Of a stretch of DNA of 64,000 bases, positions 50,701-64,000 are shown in pieces. How positions within the stretch are numbered: position 1 is the first letter of the stretch; the number at the start of each line of letters is the position of its first letter. Both the position numbers and the translations under genes were made by a program. The stretch comes from Saprolegnia diclina VS20 (Eukaryota), in contig NW_008246068.1 of the NCBI RefSeq assembly GCF_000281045.1, positions 808,371 to 872,370 on the forward strand. The letters are read 5' to 3'. The notes beneath the pieces are model-generated. The model ran no database searches. It was not told where the DNA came from and worked only from the letters and a program-made list of their open reading frames with translations.

Positions 50701-53700
50701 GTCGAAAATGAGCTTGACAAAAATGAGCCGCTTGAGCTGGAGCGTCACTTGGTAGTATGCAATCTCGAGTGTCATTTTGCGTGGAAAGCACTGGATCGTG
50801 CAGCCGCCTTCGATCACGTCGGCCGCCGATCGGTCGATGAGGACAGGAACAAAGATATCGCTGTTGCCCGCCGCCAGCAGTGTCCCGTAGAGCGCGCTGC
50901 CCGTCGAGTACGCTTGGTACGTGACCGGCTCGTTGACCATTTCGAAAAGCGACGTGAGCGTGCTGGCTTCAAACCAGCGCGGGTTCACGGCGACCGAGCG
51001 CAAGTCTTCTTCGTATTCGCAGGCGACGTCGCGGTAGCAGTAGTCGGCGATCGGGTCTTGCAGAATATCGACCGGCCCCACGACGACCACGTCGTCTTGG
51101 TTGAGCAGTGGCGGGAGGGTGCGGCGAGACCACGTTGCCGGCTGCTCGGTGAGCGCGGGAAGCTGACAATGCTCGTCGCTCTCGAGCAAGTCGAAGATCG
51201 TCATGTACCGGCCATATCCACGGCAGTGCGAAAAGTATGGCAAGTACGGTAGCATAACCTAGACATCGCCTGAATCCAATACCGATGGTCGAGACGACGA
51301 ACGTACGTTGGTCATGTCGTACGAAGAATTGTCGGAGGCGAGGCCCTGGAACGTCTCGCGGTACTTGGCGACCATATCGATGGTGGTCGCGAGCGTCGAG
51401 AAGGGCGAGCTCCAGTACGCGTCCGTGGTCACCCCCGGCACTGGCGTGTCGAGCAAGTTGAGCTGTGGACTCTTCTCGCTGACCACGTTGGTTTGGAGCA
51501 CTCGACCGCGCTCGAGCTGGCTAAAGCGCGGCGGGAGGTTCATCGGGTACGGTACATTCAAGCCAATCGCGCGTCGATAGACGGCCAGGAATGCGTAATC
51601 CCGCGGCACGAGCTCCTCCTCGAACGAAATAATGGGCGAGAGCGGGCGGCTGTCGGCCACGATGCCAGCTGTGTTGTTGGCGCGACTTGGCGACCGAATC
51701 TCAACCGACGTGGAGTTCACAAACAGGTCGGCCGCCGACGCAAAGAGACCGTACGTGATGTGAATCTCGGGCTTGATGAGCATGTCTTCCAGCGCCAAAA
51801 GGGTCAGGTTGAGCACATCGTGCTGTTGAAACGCTGTCGACGTCAAGGACGATGGCAGAAGTAGCGGCTGACGACACGGTGACGTCTCGGTCGCTGCCCC
51901 CAACGGCAGCCGCACGCGCTTGGCATTGCACACGGCATTGTTGCAGAGGCTCGGGGCGACGTAGATGGCAATTTTGAAGTGCTCGTCGTACAGCATGTCG
52001 ACAGGAATGTGGCGCAGATCGAACGACAAGAGAATCTCCGAGAGCCCACGCAGCGCAAACCACCCGAGCTCCGGCGGCCACGGCCCTTCTTCCGACGCAC
52101 GATACCCGCAGGGACTCGCGCTCGGTGGCGACGATGCGTACGTGAGATCCGCGCCGGTCGACGATATATGCACACCGTAGTTGGACACGTGCACTTTGGC
52201 GGCGACGGACGCCGCGCCGTTGAGCGCCATTGGCGGCGTGCGGCACTGCACACGGCTGCCGTTGACGTACGTGGCGGGGACTGACAAGAAGACGATCGAG
52301 TCGACGAGCCGGAACTCGCATGTGAGCTCATTCGTATCGAGAAAGTTCCGCCCGATGACAGTGAGCAACTCGCCGCCAGTCGCCGAGAGCTGAGACGGGC
52401 ACGCTCGCATGACGTCGATCGTACCGTTGTGCCACCCTAAGGCACTGGCCGACGCGTTCACCGGGAGCACTTTGGTGACAACTTCGACTTCGCCCGTCGG
52501 ATTCGACGTCGCCCACGAGTTGAAGATCTTGGTCTCGCCTTGAAACGTATACGTAAACTGCGGGTAGTACGACTTGGCCGGGTCCTTGTCGCAGACGCTG
52601 ATTTCCGTAATACTGCAGTCGATCTGTGCGTTCGAGCCCGGGAGCGACGTGGTGCGCGACGGGCACTGGCACTCTTTCGCAGTGCCGTCGGCCGTACCTA
52701 GAGGGCAAAATGCACCGACAGGGCACATGTACCGCGTCCGCTCCGTGTCTTTGGTGCCCCGGAGACACGTGCTGCCCGGCGGACACAGATTGTCAAATGC
52801 TGTGGCGAGCGTCGTCTCGGCACCGCAAAAGTACCCCGCGGGGCACTCGTGCATGTATTGCATATCGAGCGTCGTGGCTTCGCCGCACACGTACCCGGAC
52901 GGACAAATGATGCTCTGCGTCAGGTTGTTCATGCCTAGTTGCATACATGCCATTAGACAACTTGTCCATCAATCGCGTTGTACCTTGGACGCCGCAGACG
53001 CGCCCGGCGGGGCACGGTTCACAGTACGAAATATCGGCGACGCCAGAGTTGGGCGACCACGTGCCGGCGGGGCACAGGCGGCACGTGATCGAGTCGGCGA
53101 TCGACCGGTACGACCCTGGTGGGCAAATCTTTGGAATGTAGTTCCCGTACCCCGGGCACGTGTACCCCGCGGGGCACACTTGGCAGTTGGTGCTCGATGC
53201 AAAGACGGCAAACGTGCCGGGAAAACACAGCATTGGCGCGATCGCACCGTCCTCCCCCGAGAAAGTACCCGGGGGGGTGATGACGGGAAACGTCGTCCCT
53301 GGTGGACAGTAGTGCCCTGGATAGCACAACGTCGCTTCCGTGGTGCCCTCGAGGCAGAACGCGCCTTCGGTGCACGTTTGACGCGACGTCGCCCCCGCTG
53401 GGACATTGGGCAGCCAATCGATCGTGAGCGGCGCTTCGATCCCCGCAAGGCAAAACGTGCCTGTCGCGCACGGGTACGGGCGGAGGGGCGAGAGCTCGGA
53501 CGGGTCGAGCGTCCACGTGCCTTCGTTGCAGTAAAAGCCGGCGGGGCACAGCTGCACCGGGTGGGACAAGCCGACGGCCGAGCACACAAAGCCGGCCGGA
53601 CACAGCGTTGGCGCGGTGTTGTTCCAGCCAGGACAAATCGAGCCAATCGGACAGAGCACGCACGTGGGCTGGCCCGTCGCCGGTTGATATGTGCCTGGGT

Positions 53701-56700
53701 AACACGCTATCGGCTTGGTGTTGCCGACGCCCGGGCAGTACATGCCACAAGGGCAGAGCAGCGCGTCTGTCGGGTTGGGGCAGAAGTAGCCTGTCGGGCA
53801 CGGCCCCGTGCCTTCGGGCGTAAAGCTGCCGCGCGGACAGAAGAAGCCAGCATAGCAGGTCTGCGGTGTGCTAAAGTTGTTGGCCATTGGCGACAGTGTC
53901 GTCGCGCCCTTGAAACAGTACATGCCAAGGGGGCACACGTAGGGCTTTTCGGGCACAAGGACGCTGCTGCCGATGACGCAGTTGCGCACGAGACATCCCG
54001 GGTCCTCCAACACCGGTGGATGGTTCAGTCGCCGCGCGCCGGTTGCCGGGAGCACGCGCGCCACGATCGGCCACGTCATGGAGCTGTCGTTGAAGACAAG
54101 GAGGCCCGTCTCGTTGTTCCACAAATAGTTGTTGCTGGCCTCCCACTCGTGAACGTTCATCGTCTTGGTCCCACGACTGCAGTAGTGTCCTTGGTTGCAC
54201 AATATTGTCGGCGTCGAGAGCGCTTGGCGGTCGCAAATGTAGCCGGCAGGACACAGCACGGGGTGCGAGAGACCAAAATCCGGGCAGAAATAACCTACGG
54301 GGCACGGAAGGCAGGCAGTTTGGCCGGCGCGCGGCTGGAACGTGCCAGGCGTGCAAAGCGTAAAGTTCTGTGCATCCGCGCCGATGTACGTGCCATTGGG
54401 CGACGCAGAGACGTCGTGGCCCCAGCAGTACGCCCCGCGCGGACATGAACTGCGGTACTCAAAGGGCACGCCGCTAGTGGAGAAGGCAATACCGTCGACT
54501 GTCACTTCGATCGTCACAGTGGTGGCAGGCGCCACAAGGTTGCCGACACGGGACGGTGCCACGCAGAGCAGCAGCTCCGGTGAGAGATACGTGGCTTGAG
54601 CAAACCGCTCGCCAAAGCGGCACCCGAGCGTCGAGATGTTTTGAAAATGTCGGCCCTGCACAAAGACCGGTGTTTGGCCTGGTAGAAGCGTAAACGTCGG
54701 TCGGACCCGGGCGACGCGAACATCCGGCACGAACGAAAATGCCACTGGCGAGGCAAACTCGATGCCATTGGTCGTCACACTGAGGGCGACGCGCCCAATG
54801 GGATGCGGCGGCAACAAACATTGCACAGTCGTCGAGTTGACGTAGATCGCCGGTACGAGTGTCGTATCCACTTGACAGCTGAGCTCGATCGTCGAGCGAA
54901 AGCTCGTGCCGTACACATGTACGAGCGTCGTATTGGCCAAAGACGGTGCGGACGCCGGCGCGACACCGACGAGCGTCACCGCTGCTGCGAACGTTACGGT
55001 CGTCGTCGGCGGGGATGGATCGAGACCGTTCAAGATGCTAAGTTGCAGCGTCGCCTGTCCGACGGCTAGCGACGGCGGTACGGCGCACTGCAGCAGCGTA
55101 CTCGAGTGCACGGTCGCCGGCACCACCACGAGCCGGTTCCATACACACGACACCGGGTAGGGTCGAAAGTGGTAGCCTCGCACCGTGACCGACCCCGTGC
55201 CAACCTGCGACACGATGGGTGGCCACGATGACGTCACGAGTGGTGTCGGCGCGTATGTGAAGAAGCTGCCGTGGGACGTGAACGATGCATTGTTGTTGGA
55301 CGTGTGGACGACGACGACGTCACGTCCGTTGCTCAGCGAGACAGTGGTCGGGTCGGGAGCGACGCAAGTCACTTCGGTTCGCGACACAAACGTGGCGGAC
55401 ACCACCGCGAGGCCAAACCGGCATACGAGCAGAGGCGACTGGCTAAAATGGTTGCCAAATACCCGCACCCGCGTGCCAACGTTGCCAAACTCGGGCGAGA
55501 TCGCGCGCTGCACGGCGTCGTTGGCGACCATTACATGTCGTGCCGATATGGAAGCGAGAATGCCGTCGTTCGACACCTCGACCAGCAGTTGCATCGGAAC
55601 GTGCCGGGGAGATACGCACACAAGCGACGTCGGTGACCGGTACGACGCCGGCACAACAACCGTGCCAAACATACACTGCAACGTCGGGATGTTTTGAAAC
55701 AAAGACCCGATGACGGTGACCACGGTGCCGCCGCTGGACGACACGGTTGGTGGAAAGAGCGATGTAATCGTGGGTCGATCGGTGCGCACCGTCGACTCGA
55801 CAAACGCGGGGACCGGCGGTGGTACCGGTATCGGTACATACGTCACATTCCACGGTGTCGCCAGTGTCGCAAAATACGACTGCAGCGACACGACGTAGGT
55901 ACCTGGCGACGGTTGCGGCGGGGTGACACAGCGCAGTCGCGTGGACGTAGCGTAGGCGGGCACAACAGCACTGCCGATGCGGCAATGCGACACCGACTCC
56001 AAGTGATTGCCATAGAGCGTCACGTCGCTGCCGCCGTCGACAAATGCCGTCACCACCGGCATGGCCGTCACCACTGGCGTCGGTAGAATCTCAAACGAAA
56101 ACGGGTCCACAGAAGCCGGCGCAGATGCCGTTGACGAGACTGCGAACGCCAACGACGTCGGCGACGCCTGCGGACTTGCGCACACCATCGTCGAGGCCGT
56201 CACTTTGGAGGCTTGGACGGCGGTCGCGCCAAACCAGCACGTCGCGTTCGAAGAGACGCGGACGTTTTGCGTCGCCACGGTAACAACGGTACCACCGATG
56301 CTCCACGCTCGCCCCGGTGTCACCGACAGAATGCGCTCCAACGCCACGTAAGTGAAGGCAACGACGGCTTTTGGCGCTTGGTTGACCAGACCGACGGCGA
56401 AACGCACGGTGCGCGACGTATAGTTGTCGGTTGTTGCTGGCGCCACGCACATGGCAGCCGTTGGGGACACAAACGTGGCCAACACAGTGGTTGTGTCAAA
56501 CGTGCATTCGAGTTGCATCGCCGGAAAGAAGCTGGCGCCTGAAATGCGCACCGTCGTCGACCCGGTGGTTACGCCCGTTGTCGGCGCCACGGACGCCACG
56601 TACACTGGTGCACGAAAGGTAAAGTTGCCGTGCCACACGACATCGAAGCCGTTGTTGGTGAGCCCGATAGCTACGGTGCCAGGCACATGCACCGGTGTCC

Positions 56701-59700
56701 GGCAGGTAGCAAACGAAGCGTTCTCGAATGCTGCGGGGACGCGGGATGCGTTAAAGACGCAAGCCAGCGCACTTGACGGGTAAAACTTGGCGCCACGGAA
56801 TGCTACAATGGTACTGCCGCTGTTGTCCGCTTCACGCGGCTCCACAACTTGAAGTTGAAGCGGTGGCAGCGCTGTAAAGACACCAGAAAGCTGCGTCACC
56901 GGGGTGCCAAAATGATACACATCGACGCGCAGCGACGTGGGCGACGAGACATGCGGGACCTGCGGCGAGACGCACGACGCCTCGGACGGCGAGACAAAGA
57001 TGGCAGGTGTCGTCTGGCGCCACCCGCTGTCGTCGCTAAACACGCACTCTAGTGCCCTCGACTGATTGAAGCCCGTGCCGTGAAGACGCAGATGTCCACC
57101 GCCATCGCTCGAACCGAACGGCGGAACGATGGACCACACTTCGGTCGGGGCCAGGTACGGTAGCGAGAGCACGTTGGACCGTCCACTGAGCGCGTCAACA
57201 AACAGCGTCGCGACACTTGCAGTGGCACGGGGCGGCACGACGCACGTCACTGTCGTCGACGATAGAACCATGCCTGGGCCAGACGCTCGCCCGTCGTCAA
57301 AAATGCAGGTGACCGGCCCCTCGAAGGATGTACCGACAATCGCTACGACATCACCACCGAGCGGACTGACCGCGGTGCGATTCGAAAGAGCACTCAGCAC
57401 CGGTAACGCACGGTAGGCAAACACGACTGACGACGGAGACACCTCGAGGCCACCGTTGCTCAACGTGACGTCGACGGTACCGGCAGCGTGCGCCGGCGCC
57501 ACGCACGAGACACATGACGCGTTGATGTACACGGCAGGCACCGTTGTTGCGTTGAATCGGCACGCCAGCGTCGTTGAAAAACCAATGTGGCGGCCAAGGA
57601 CCGAAACGATGGTACCACCGGTGGTCGCGCCAGCCGACGGCACGATCGTATCGAGAAGCGTCGCGTATGTGAATTCAAAGGTCAAAGTGGCTGGCAACGC
57701 CGTGAGGGCGTCCGATTCATCGAGGAGGCCAACTGGAACGACGCCCGTCGTGTGAGCAAGCGTGACGCACTGCAGCTCGGTTGGCGACACATACACGGCC
57801 GGCACCACAGCAGAGCCAAACGTGCACGCAAGTTGTTTGGCTTGGTGAAAGCCATGGCCCAAGAGGCGGACACGGGTGCCCCCAAGCGCCGATCCGGTGC
57901 GTGGTCGCAGCGATCGCACGTGATAGGCATCCAGCACCTCGAACGTCACGCCGTTCGCCGAGTAGTCGACACCGTTGTTGAGGGACACTTCGACTTGCAA
58001 TGCTCGCTGCAAACGCCCGTCGACGATCGTCAAAGGCACATCGGGTACAACACACTCGAGTCGCGTAGTCGAGCTCACGTGGGCGAGTACAAGTGCGCGT
58101 TTTCCGAAGCGACAGTAGACGTTACCGCGGTCGACAAACCCCGACCCCAGAACGACGATTCGGGACGCCACTTGACCGCGCGGTGGCTCGACGGCCACCA
58201 CCGACGGCACCACGAGGTACTCGTAGCTCACGCTGGCCAGGACGTAGCCAGCGGCATTGCTTGAAAGTTCGACGGTGACGACACCGCGCGAATGCGGCGG
58301 CGCGATGCATGCCACCATTGTCGCGTTGATCTTGCGGGTGGGCACGATGACGCGATCGATGCGGCAGTGCGAAGCCTGGCCGACGTTGGCGCCTTGGAGG
58401 TATAGAGTCGTGCCACCCGAGATAGGACCGTTGTTTGGCGAGATCATCGTTGCGTTCAAGGGTGGATCCACCGGCAAAATAGTCGCCAGAACGAAGTCGA
58501 GGCCGTTGTTGGCGACCTCAAGAACGACGATCGACGTCGACGCCAGCGCCGGGACTGCACAGCGCGCATGGCTCTCCGACATGAAAAACGCCGGTGCCGT
58601 CGTCGCCTGGTTGATGCGGCAGACGATGGACGGACGCAAAAAGACGCCATGCACATCGACCAGCATCGCGACACCCGCGATACCGCGAGCCGGAAACGTC
58701 GAAAGCACTTGCATTGGGGGCACATAGGCGTAGCTCATTGGGAACGACGCCAGTCGCACGCCATCGGCGCTTGTGTAGAGTGAGATCGTGACGGTCTCGG
58801 GCCAAGCCGCCGGCGGCGCGGCACACGACACGGTGTGGTGCGCTGCATCGAACGTCGCCGGCACCAACGCGTCACCGGTGCCGAGCTCAAACGCACATTG
58901 CAGGTGCCACGACGCGCGAAGCCCAGTGGCCGAGAGAACGACCGGCGTGTGTCCGCCAAGCGGTCCATTCGGCGGCGTAACATCTAGAATGCGGACGTCG
59001 TCGACGTACTCGATCGACATATTGAGCCAGTTGACGAGTGCACCGGAATAGACAATACCGAGAGATACATTTGTCGGCAAGGGCGATGGCGGCGCCGTGC
59101 ATTCGACTTGATGTACCGATACAAAGCGTGCCGGCGTGGACTGCGTTGCACCAAACTGACACGCGAGATCCGGCGTCGCGAGAAATCGACGACCGTAGAG
59201 GCGCACGACAGCGCCACCGTTGAGAAGCGACACAGCCGGCTGCATGCCGACGCCTTCGGGTGGCAAGTAGACGGCAAGCACGAGTCGATTGTCCGTGTAC
59301 GTCTGCCCGTGGAGCTCCAGCCAAATGTCGAGAACACTTGCGACCGTCACGTGCGGCGTGAGGCAGTCGAACGCGCGGGGGGCCACTGTCCGCGCGGGGG
59401 CTTGCCACGTCCGGTTGGTCGCCGCTTGGTAAAAGACGCAAGAGAGCTCGACGTCAAGCGCATCATAGTGTAAGTGCATCGTGATTGGGACACGTGCATT
59501 TGTTGGCACGTACGACGGCAGGACGGAGCGTAGCGTGTTGCCATCGATGACGTCCATGGACCACCCCGTCCAGATGTCGTGTTGGTCGTTGAGTACCAAG
59601 TCGACCGTGGCGACACCGGCGACCATCTGTGTCGGTACAGAGCAGGTGATCGTCAGTGTCGTCGACGTCATCGCTACAACGAGCCCCTTGGAGGCAACCT

Positions 59701-62700
59701 CGCGGTCAAAGAGGCAGTCCATCGCTTGCTCTTGAAACGTCGTCGGCACTGACGACGTCAGCGTGAGCGACACGGAGGCATTTGGGTGCATGGCAACCAT
59801 CGATGGCCACAGCGCCGTGACCAAAGGCGCCTCGAGGTACTTGAACGTGAGCTGCGGGGCCGACACAAAGTTGGGCTGGAGCTCGGTCGTGATGACGATC
59901 GTTACCGTCGCCGGCGGTGCGCCTTGCGGGGGTAGAGTACACACAAGATAAGTCGCGTTCAGCACCATGGCAGGCAAAAACACTCGAGCGTCGAGCCAGC
60001 ACCCAAGCGCGGGGTAGAACCCGAGACCCGACACCGACACGATGGTCCCGCCCGTGGCCAAGCCTGCCGTCGGCGCGGCCGCTGCAACCGCAACGTCGCC
60101 GGCAACGTGCATCGTTCGACTGGATCGTGTCAGCGGAATGTACTCGGAACCGTTGGCGCTGAGTGAGAACGGTACGGCTGCCAGTAGCGCCGGGATCGGG
60201 CAGTGCACACGCACGGAAGAAACGTATGTGACCTTGGTCGCTTCTGCGCCAAAGACACAGACGCAATCAACACCTTGAAGCATCGGATCGCAGATACCGA
60301 GCCCGGCGCCGTGCACCGACGCCGTGAGCGCGGGTGCATTCATCGGGACAAACGCCGGCTCGACAAAGTCCACAAACACAGCTTGCAACACGGCCGCGAT
60401 GTCCAGCATTAGGGCACTCGGCTCAAAGTCCACGCCATTCACCGAGACAAAGAGGCGGGCAGTCGGCGTGGACGGCGTCGGTGCTCCAAGAACACAACCA
60501 AATGTTTGGGTGCCCGACAAGACGGCCAGGCATTGCATATCCGGTGTCTTCAGCCAGAGACGCTGGGCGCTCGTAGGCGACGTCGTCACGACTACATGCC
60601 ACTGCTCCGTAGCATCGAGGCTTTGCTGCACCGAGAGCAGCGTCGGCACTGCCAAGTACGCATACGTCAAGTTCGTCGCGAACGTCTGGTGGTTCACCAC
60701 GAGCGCTACGGACACGACACCCGAGGTCGCCTGCGGTGGCGCCTTGCAGAGAACGTGGCGCGTCACGTGGTCGTAGCTGCCAGCGTGCCACTGTGATCCA
60801 AAAATGCATGTGATGTTGCGCGCTTGCGCCAGCCCACGGGTCTGCACGCGGACAACGGTGCCACCCGCACTCGGTCCCTCGCTGGGGACCAACGACGGGA
60901 ACGCGAGCGGTGGCAGAGTCGAAAACACCAGTTGCGGGCCAGGAATCACGTTGGCGCTGTCCCAGAGCACAGCGATTGGTGTTGAGCCCAGTGGCAGCAC
61001 CGGAATACCACACGTGAGCTCAGAAGTCGATACAAGCGACGCAACTGTCGTGGTAGATACGCCGAATCGGCACTGGTACGACGTGATTGCTGAGCTGAAG
61101 TTGCCGTACAACGACAGCGTGCTGGAGCGATCGACGATGGCAAGGGCTGTCGGGTGGATGGAAGATATTGTCATCGACGCAACATACTGAAAGTGCCATG
61201 GTACACTCGGTACCGGCTCGTCTCCCACCAATAACGTTACGTTGACCGTGCCAGAGCCCGGTGGCGCCGCGCAAGAGACGTTGTAGGCCGAGCTAATGGC
61301 GGGCACCAACGCGGTACCAACGCGGCAGCTCGTCACAGATGTCAAATGCACGCCTTCCACGATGAGGTTCGCACCGCGCCAGCCAAATAGAGTGCGTGGG
61401 GCAGCAAGCGCCGGCGCCGGCGCCACCACGATGATCGTTTCGTAGTAAATGCGGTCGTGGCCGAGGACCCGCAGCGTGAGGTTGCCTGCGACCAGTGCCG
61501 GCGCCTGACATGCGAGGCGCTGGGGCGAGAGATGGACGGCTGCGACACGATCAGTCCCGAAGATGCACTCCCAGCGCTGTGCAAAGTTGAGCGCTGCACC
61601 GTGCACTTGCGCCCACATCTGAAACGAGGCGACCCAGGCCAAGCTTGGCTGGACTGTGAACACCACCGGAGGCGTCGTGAACGTAAAAACGAGTGCAGTC
61701 TTGACAACTGCGGGGCCAAAGACAAGGGAGAGCGGCACCATGGGCTGCACAGTTGTACGTGGTACCTGGCATAGCACGCGCTCTGGCGACACGACTATAC
61801 CCGGAACGATGGCCGTGCCAAACATGCATTGCACCGAGATGCCGGCGGGAAAGCCGCGGCCACGGATGGCCACCGTGTAGTTGCCCCCGAGGGGTCCCGT
61901 CGCGGGCTCGAGCTGCCACTGCGTCGTGTTCCACTCTGGCAGCACTGTGATTGGCACCACATTAGAGTAGACAACCCCGTCAATGGCGACACCTAGATGA
62001 ACCGTCGAGACGAATGGCAGCGGAGGCAACGCACAGAGGACACGGCGACTCGTGACGTTGGTGGCAGCTACGGTAGTGACGACCTTGTCGACCACTTGAA
62101 TCACGCACATGAGCGGGACGGATTCGTTTGGAAAGGCCCAGCCGGAGACGACGACAGTACTTGGTGTCGACGATGCGATAACAACTGGCTCGACATGAAC
62201 GATCGCGGGCTCTTGAATGTACTGTATAGAAAAGGGACCATCGTGCGAGACGGGAACGTCGACGTCGAGGTACAATGCCGCCGGAAGGCTGCCCGAGGGC
62301 TGCGCAGGCGCCATGCAAAACACGCAGGACGCATTGGCTACTGAGACAGCAGCGGTGGCCGCACCAAAGAGACAGTGCATTCGAGGACTGTAGGGCAACG
62401 ACGGCGCCCCGCAAAACGTGACCCGCGTCGACCCATCCAAATTGGCAACCAATGGCGTCATCGAGATGCGCCGTGGGGCCGCCACCACATGAAGCTCGAA
62501 GACGGTATCGGCAAAGATGGGCACCACCGAGACGTTGTAAACAACCACCGAGACGTTGTAAACACCGGGTTGGACAATGAAGACGCTGCAGGCAATGCGA
62601 TCTTGCGAGTCGAGAATCGCGGCCACGTACATCTCGACGGGGCCTTGGAGGCGGCACTGCATTCGGGGTCCTCTCGGTCCTGCCAGCAGCTTCATTGTGG

Positions 62701-64000
62701 CCAATAAAGAGCCTTCAAACACAAGCGACGTTGTCTGGTTGGCTACTTGCAACGTTGGCGTCATGGTCGTCACGACGCCCGTGCTTGTCAGGACGGTGAC
62801 GACAACGTCTGCGATAGGTTGGAACTGAAACCCATCTGTGGTGGACAAGGCGATCGCAAACGTCCCTGGTGTCGTCGGCACGGGGCATTCTGCGACGGAG
62901 TCCGACACCACGGCGCATGACAAGCTGGACGACGACGCACCATACATCACAAGCAGCGTCGGACCGAGGTGGCTGCCCGATATATGGATCAAGGACCCCA
63001 TCGGCACGACTTGCGGCGAGACACTTACCACCACGGGCGGTGCCACGACGGTCCAGGAGTGGTCCGCCAGAAGAGCTCCCGACGCCGTCTCGAGTGTCAA
63101 TGAGACGTGACCTAGCGTCGAAAGCACGGGTACTTGACACTGCGCCGTGTTCTCCGAGCTGGCAACAACGGGCATCGACATGGTGCGGTTGAAGTTGCAG
63201 AAGACGGGCGACGCAGTTGCGAGCCGCACGCCTCGCAGCAAGAGCACACTCCCAGTGTAATTGACGTACGACGCTGTCACGTTGGGGGACACGGAGAGAA
63301 TCGAGGCTGGGAGCGATCGCGCTACGGTTTTGGTGTGCACTGGTCGGTCGTTGCACCATAACGTCAGCGTCACATTCGGCGATATCATCGTGGACGGTAA
63401 GACACATTGCACCGACGTCGCATCGACGCTGATGGCTGGTACGCGGTCGGCATCGTTGACGGCGCACAACAGTGGCACCGATGCACCGTACTGCCCATAG
63501 AACGTCACGAGAGGGTCGTCCACAGTGACCATCGAGTCGCTTACAACGATTCTCTGGCACGGATCGGTCATGAGCACCACTGTCGACGGCAACGGCGCGC
63601 CGTTGTACCACAAAGTCAAGGCGCTGGGCGCATCGAGACCGGCGCTCGGACAGCGCAGCACGCTCGGTCGGTCGTACGTCGAGGTTACCATCGTCGGCGT
63701 GGTTGCAGTTGACGAAGCAATGGCGCACTCATACGCACGCACCGACGCATTGACATCCAAAGCGATTGTCCACCCGCTTGGTCCCGACGGCACCGCCTGT
63801 ACTTGCGTAGGAAAGGCGAGGACCTCGAATGCAAGCAAGGTGGAGGCGCGTTCGTCGTCGTTCCAGCTCACACTGACTCGGACGCTGGCTTCGTGCAGGA
63901 GCGGCGGTGCCGTGCACTGCAGCGCCGAGCTGTTGAGCACGCGAGCACGGACGACTGTAGCGTCAAAGTGACAGCACCAGCTCGTCGCATCCACAAAGTT
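47729..64000 (-). CDS. Giant membrane protein: tandem IPT/TIG Ig-like repeats, GCC2/GCC3-type Cys-rich repeats, multipass TM region and cytoplasmic tail (5' end outside the window)
   Basis: One exon of more than 11 kb carries many PxxGxxxGGTxVxxxGxxF..CxFG..CxxP repeats, then CPxGxYC repeats (about 54450-52620). Further spliced exons encode many hydrophobic helices and a basic/acidic tail ending KSRRK*. Confidence 0.88.

Noticed and set aside
52793..52990. End of the 3733-aa ORF as a true gene end
   Set aside because: A GT-AG intron (about 52983-52935) joins CGVQ to GMNNLTQSIICPSG, continuing the Cys-rich repeats into the next exon.

Overview
Gene-dense, GC-rich eukaryotic DNA with many short (about 45-60 nt) GT-AG introns and very short intergenic gaps. 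Gene content and style point to an oomycete, most likely Saprolegniales; this is inferred, not proven. About 24 protein-coding genes can be reconstructed. Recognisable housekeeping genes: an ABCB half-transporter, a PPR protein, a kinesin, class III alcohol dehydrogenase, RPA1, TXNL4B/Dim2, a MAP2K, centractin/ARP1, a type II pantothenate kinase and RCL1. Less characterised genes: two LRR proteins, a B-box/IQ/WW protein, a TPR protein, a PX protein, secreted or mucin-like proteins, and the 3' 16 kb of a giant IPT/TIG + Cys-rich + multipass-membrane protein. No rRNA, tRNA, CRISPR array or intact mobile element was recognised. The most interesting signals are an intronless membrane-anchored PAN/Apple + PIG-L-family deacetylase fusion, a kinesin carrying a PHD-type finger, two small proteins sharing a C-terminal 'DDxWLLxYFLS' motif, a recurring clustered RTCCGGAY promoter palindrome, and an ADH3 with a mitochondrial-type presequence. 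Coordinates of multi-exon genes are full spans; exon structures were read by eye.
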